64,000 nucleotides of DNA from a virus: IMG/VR virus record IMGVR_UViG_3300037333_000056, positions 1-64,000 of that record. One strand, 5' to 3'. Within the stretch, counting starts at the first letter, position 1. Every line of letters starts with the position of its first letter. Below the pieces are notes generated by a model. The model did no database searches, was not told where the DNA came from, and was given only the letters and a program-made list of their open reading frames with translations. Shown one piece after another: positions 59,269 to 64,000 of this stretch. Made by a program: the position numbers and the translations under genes.

Positions 59269-60775
59269 CTAGCTTGCGTATCTCCACTGATAACCTCTAT
59301 GGGTTTTTATTTTTCCATTACAGCAATTTGATATTTGGTTAGCTAAACTGTTCGTAGATTCAGCAGCTTCTTTTATGCTATTAAATACCTTTAATACAGA
59401 ACCAGAGTCTAACTGTTCTACGCGTCTATTTCTTACTGAGTTACACAATATAGATGTTGGAATTATTTCTATGTTGTCATTATTTACTGTTATGCTAAGT
59501 TTAATATCCCCATATTTTTTTACTGCAGATGTCCATAAAGGAGCAATCACTGAATCAAACTTTTCAGTTGTATTTATTACTGATGGCATATTCTTTGCTC
59601 CACCAAGCTTACTTCTTAAGGCTATTTGAGCTTTTCTAAGATAATCAGGTCTAGTGTTTTTCTTACGCTTAATTGAAACTTTTTTTTACATCAATATCAT
59701 ATTGACTCTTCTGCACTGGTTCTTTATGAACAAGTTTTGAGCTTTTAGGTGTTGTATGTTTTATGGTTGTTGGAAATATCTTGGATGATGGGTATAACCA
59801 TTTTTTTCCATCAAGCGTACATTCCACAATATCCATAGCATTTTTAAGTTCGTTGTCGGTTAAATTAAACCATTCGTAGTGAATGTTTACGCTTTTGAAG
59901 GTCGCATGTAAGTATTTCTCAACATCTATTGCGTTGTCAATTTCATAATAAGTTATAAGAGAGTAGCTGTGAATAGAGCTTGCTCTTAAAGTCTGTAGTC
60001 TGGCTTCGATATTGCTAGTAATCCCTATCTTAATGGCACCCTGATGCTCGATAAAATACAACTTGTTGCTTGAAATTTTATTTGTACTCATCACTATATG
60101 CTTTAATGCATTATACTGACTTTTTGTGAGAATAATGCTTTTTGTTTTTTTGTTTCTAATTGTGGGATGAGTTACGTCTAGAATATTTGAAATATCAATT
60201 CTGTCGGAAATATCAGTTCGTAAATTATACTTCCTAACTGCAGTCTTTATAACACCAATAGATTTGCCTGTAAGCACTGATAGTGCATTTGTATCATATA
60301 TATTATTCTCGATTCTTCTCTCTGCATTATTTTTTGATATCAAACTAATGGCTTCGCTTTGAGTTATTGCAACAAATGATGACAAAGAATTACTGCCATC
60401 TTTTGACATTATTGTAGCCGATGGGTGTGATATTCGTATATTTGAGTATTGGTCAGATATATGATTATAAAATTCTTTGAGGGTAAAAGCTTTTGTGGCA
60501 ATTGCCTCATATTTTTTTCTTATTACATCATAGAATGGTTCTGAGGAGATAGATGCTTTATTTTTGTGTTTATTGCCTACTGAATTTTTATTTAAAGCAA
60601 ATACTTCGCGTCTGCACTCTCTCGACCCACAAGATTTTGCAGAGTACCCTTTAACTAATCTTTTTTCAGTATGTATTTTACAGACTGGACATTCAAACAA
60701 TCCAAACGTAGCAGACTGTTTTTTGCCAGCATTGCTACGCCACGTTTTTATACCTAAATTTTTTATTAATTTCAT
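59269..60775 (-). mobile_element. Free-standing homing endonuclease (T5orf172/GIY-YIG plus NUMOD1), split by an A8 frameshift
   Basis: LYFI...IKIGIT.N...RL..L...E..LH...EWF in 59669-60775; NUMOD1 FNSIKEAA...ISNCC.GK...GYQWRY in 59269-59589; removing one A joins the frames. Confidence 0.75.
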
Positions 60776-60829
60776 GTTAATACTTATTTTTTTATTAATA
60801 AGATTATAACGTGAACTATATATATTTAA

Positions 60830-60853
60830 CCTGAAACCCTAGTGGATTTCAGG
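60830..60853 (-). terminator. Hairpin downstream of the major capsid gene
   Basis: CCTGAAA...TTTCAGG. Confidence 0.55.
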
Positions 60854-60858
60854 AATAA

Positions 60859-62151
60859 TTACACCATTTTCATAGAACATGCAATTTGACGAATCCATTC
60901 TGGACGTAAATAAAGCATACCAAAGTAGTGAGAGATTGACACTGCACCTTTTTTACCAAACACATCATTGTACGCATCAGCTTTAGGCATTACAGTTGTA
61001 ACTCTAGCAACATCTCCTTGGAATCCAACAGATGCAAATGATGTCGAACCTACAAATAAGATAGGGAATACATCATATCTTTCTTTCCCATCTGCACCGA
61101 TTGATGTGTATCTATTTGCTACATCTTCATCATCAACGTCATCTGTTGTGTCTGCACCTTGACCAGAGTAATTTGGCATCTCTGCAACTTCAATAAATCT
61201 AAATGCTCCAATTCTACCAATTTCACCTTCAGCTGTATTTGTGCCATCTGCATAGTTTTCAACAGGGTCCCAGATGTTAACGCCATTATGCTCCATATCT
61301 TCAAGAGTAGGAAGTGCCTCTTCTCCAACATATACATATCTTGCTTTCCCAATTGGGGTTGTTCCATATTTCTTAGAACCGTCATTCAACGCAGTATCTT
61401 TAGGACATCTTGCATCCTTAAGAGACTTGTCCATCATTCTTAAGTCACCATAAGTAAGTGTGTCTCCAGAACCAATCTCATCAATAGCTGTTGCGTCTCC
61501 AGAGTACACTCTGTTTTGCTCAGATGCACCAATCAGCCCGTTACGAATCATAGCTTCACGTTGGTCTCCTTGGAGAACACCAAGTTCTTTTGCATAGCGA
61601 GTCAATAGACCTTTCTCTGTATCCATATCTAGAGATCTCTTTGTAAATGTCATGTGGATACCGTACTCGGCAACCTGTGCTTCAACCATAAGACGTTTCA
61701 TACCAACACCGTTGACAACTCCACCTTCTTCTGTTAGTGGAGCAAATGCACCATTCTGCACAGAAATATCTTTTGATCCACCGAACAAATTACCGTTACC
61801 ACTTAAGATAGAACCAGTGTCACCAGCTGCTGCTTTTGCCTCGTGCTGTGTATCGTACTCACCAAGTTGTGCACCAGATGCATCATATGCGTACCACTTT
61901 CCTGCAATAAGCTTTGCACCATTTGCATCAATACCTTGATCATTAATGTTTCTCTCATCAAGAATTGGAATCTCTACATATTTCTTGATTGTGTCTCCAT
62001 AATGCTTTGGCTGAACCTCAGCACTACCTAGTTGCGAGAATGTTTTAATCTTTCTAGCCTCTGTTACTGCTACTTTTGACCAGAAATGATCATTAAACTG
62101 AATACCAATAGAAGAGCCTGTTGCTCCACCAGTTCCAAAACTTTGTGCCAT
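60859..62151 (-). CDS. Major capsid protein, N4-gp56 family
   Basis: PKHYG.TIK, P.LD.RNINDQGIDANG, GNLFG.SKD, LTEEGG.VN.VG, EIG.IG.FRF, DVFP.L.VG, LRPE. Confidence 0.95.
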   Translation of the reverse strand: MAQSFGTGGATGSSIGIQFNDHFWSKVAVTEARKIKTFSQLGSAEVQPKHYGDTIKKYVEIPILDERNINDQGIDANGAKLIAGKWYAYDASGAQLGEYDTQHEAKAAAGDTGSILSGNGNLFGGSKDISVQNGAFAPLTEEGGVVNGVGMKRLMVEAQVAEYGIHMTFTKRSLDMDTEKGLLTRYAKELGVLQGDQREAMIRNGLIGASEQNRVYSGDATAIDEIGSGDTLTYGDLRMMDKSLKDARCPKDTALNDGSKKYGTTPIGKARYVYVGEEALPTLEDMEHNGVNIWDPVENYADGTNTAEGEIGRIGAFRFIEVAEMPNYSGQGADTTDDVDDEDVANRYTSIGADGKERYDVFPILFVGSTSFASVGFQGDVARVTTVMPKADAYNDVFGKKGAVSISHYFGMLYLRPEWIRQIACSMKMV

Positions 62152-62181
62152 ATTTTATTCCTTAAATATTATACTTGTATA

Positions 62182-63507
62182 CTAACTATACATGAGCGAG
62201 TTATAGAACTCTTCAAACTTTTCATCATCCAACTTCATTGGATCGAATTTAGTACTCTTTTTTCTAGTAGTAGTCTTTTTCTTACTTACTGATGCCGCTT
62301 TCTTGCGTGCATGTTCTGCTGCCTCATTTTTTTCTTTAACCTTAAAAGAATACTCTCTTTCGGCTTTAATCTTAGCAATTTCTGCTTGCACTGCAGCTTC
62401 ATCAAAACTTTGTCTTGTGTTTACTGCATTCTGGCTTCTATTAATCTCAGCAGCTCTTTGAGCCTGAACAACCTCATTCTCTAATTCGATTACAGCTTCC
62501 TTGTACTGATCTATTGACTTTTTGTTTGAAAAAGTACCAAGAACATCTGTCATCTTCTTTTGTGCTATTCTTTCCTGAACCATATCATATACGCCATTAC
62601 TCATGTGAGACACAAGATCTGATGTGCTATGAGGGTCCTCTAACAACTCCAAAACGCTTTCGTTGTCCCAGTCCTTGCTTATTACAGAGTTAACTCTATC
62701 TTGAACACCAAATTGTGATGCATTATCCATAAGATCTTCAACTGCAATATTTAGTGGTGAAGCTACTACATTTGTTGGTTTATAGTTAACTTCTTCCATA
62801 TCTAGTTCAAGTGGGTCAATATCTGACTGCTTAAGAAATGCTTTTACTGCCTCTTTATCCCCACTCATAGCATTCATCATTAGGTTAAATTTATCTGGAT
62901 TATCTAGAATGCCATGTTCTTTTAGTGGGTTTATAAACGGTCTATACTCCTTAAACGCCCTCATCTTCTCACTATACCCAGCTGCCATTTGTTGTGCTTG
63001 GATTATCTTGTCTGGATCCTTAAATCCTTTCATTGTTTTACCATTTGCAACAAACTCCGACGTAGCCTTATCATAGAACGCTTTGTATTCTTTCATTCTA
63101 TTTAGCTCTTCAATTGTTCTTTCGTATTCTGCCTTGTAATTAACTTCGTCTTGACTTGTATTGTCAGCGGACTTATCCTCTACTTCATCATTGCTAGAAC
63201 CATCATCTTGAGTGTTTTCTCCATCTTCAGAGTCATCATCATCGTAAATATCATCTTCTGTATCATCAGTATCGTCGTCACCATACTCATTCGTTTCAGA
63301 ATCAGATTCTTCATTTAGATCATAATCGTCGTGGTCAGTGTCCTCAATATTCTTGTCATCTACACTCTCTTCTGAAGAGTAATCATTTTCAATTGAGCTA
63401 TCTTCTTTTAAGCTATCGTCATCATATTTTCCGCTCTGTACATCATCCACAAGAGATTCAAAATCCTCATCGCTCATACCGTCAAAATCTATTGTTGAAT
63501 CACTCAT
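62182..63507 (-). CDS. N4 gp57-like protein (scaffold/tape-measure-like)
   Basis: Acidic N-terminus, F.ANGK, Q....Y..KM, C-terminal DP..LDDE.F. Confidence 0.8.
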   Translation of the reverse strand: MSDSTIDFDGMSDEDFESLVDDVQSGKYDDDSLKEDSSIENDYSSEESVDDKNIEDTDHDDYDLNEESDSETNEYGDDDTDDTEDDIYDDDDSEDGENTQDDGSSNDEVEDKSADNTSQDEVNYKAEYERTIEELNRMKEYKAFYDKATSEFVANGKTMKGFKDPDKIIQAQQMAAGYSEKMRAFKEYRPFINPLKEHGILDNPDKFNLMMNAMSGDKEAVKAFLKQSDIDPLELDMEEVNYKPTNVVASPLNIAVEDLMDNASQFGVQDRVNSVISKDWDNESVLELLEDPHSTSDLVSHMSNGVYDMVQERIAQKKMTDVLGTFSNKKSIDQYKEAVIELENEVVQAQRAAEINRSQNAVNTRQSFDEAAVQAEIAKIKAEREYSFKVKEKNEAAEHARKKAASVSKKKTTTRKKSTKFDPMKLDDEKFEEFYNSLMYS

Positions 63508-63890
63508 TCTTCTTCTCCAGTATTAGACAATAGGCTATCTCTTTCATTTTCTAATGCACCAAGATTTTCAGCAGCAAGAAACACATCATTCTGTATTTTA
63601 CCCATAAATGTTTTAAAGTGTCTAATGGCTGCCATCTTCTCAACACAAGAGTCTAGCTGATCTCTCTTAAGAAAATTTGGTGATAGTAGCGTGTTTGACA
63701 ATCTTTTGCCTTCGTCCTCAAAATATGCTTGTTCAACTACAGCTTTATACGAATCGTTTTCAACAAGACTTTTTAGATTATCAAATAGCTTTACAAGCCC
63801 CTTTGTATGCTCTATCTCTTTGTCTATCTCTTTAATTCGCTCATCAATGTACTGTGTATCTAGTGTAGAATTATCTTCCAGTGCTTGCAT
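63504..63890 (-). CDS. N4 gp58-like protein
   Basis: L..L..N..YK.VV...YF.DE..RL; synteny. Confidence 0.7.
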   Translation of the reverse strand: MQALEDNSTLDTQYIDERIKEIDKEIEHTKGLVKLFDNLKSLVENDSYKAVVEQAYFEDEGKRLSNTLLSPNFLKRDQLDSCVEKMAAIRHFKTFMGKIQNDVFLAAENLGALENERDSLLSNTGEEE

Positions 63891-64000
63891 ATGTATACCC
63901 TTTTTTATTTTGTTATCGTAAGAAAAGTGGTGCAATAATGCAGAGCACTTGTTCTTATGACAAAAATTATATCATAATTTATTGTTATATAAATAAAAAG

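Noticed and set aside
38397-63921. Many + strand ORFs overlapping the late module, and - strand ORFs within the early region
   Set aside because: Antisense shadows of long genes: S/F/L/I-rich, no RBS, no motifs

Overview
AT-rich (about 30% GC by eye) fragment of a lytic N4-like (Schitoviridae-type) phage genome. Extended -10 promoters and the style of its ThyX, NrdAB and Nudix proteins suggest a Campylobacterota-like host (inference). The left ~38 kb (+ strand) carries an NAD-salvage cluster (NMNAT, Nudix, NAMPT), nucleotide metabolism (thyX, nrdAB, DUF3310, MazG-like), replication/recombination genes (Cas4-like nuclease, SF2 and SF1 helicases, helicase-primase, Sak4-like ATPase, SSB, RusA), a MoxR/vWA pair and candidate anti-defence sponges (DUF2829/Tad2-like, Gp49-family). 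The right ~26 kb (- strand) is the N4-type virion module: vRNAP, ejection/structural genes, gp54-gp58-like genes and major capsid protein. The most unusual features are: (1) a dispersed family of about 18 small paralogous ORFs beginning M-x-K-Q-[L/F/I], often ending in W-x-K, arranged in translationally coupled cassette-like arrays with a 41-bp junction repeat; (2) an apparently split virion RNA polymerase carrying DEDDh exonuclease, zincin and 2H-phosphoesterase-like domains; (3) two parallel modules made of structured non-coding DNA, operator palindromes and a DNA-binding gene (RepL-like; ParB-like plus a GIY-YIG paralogue sharing its C-terminal domain); (4) a genome-wide AGAACCAG/CTGGTTCT hairpin family; (5) no recognisable DNA polymerase or RNAP II in the window. 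All calls come from motif reading and synteny recall, not database searches.
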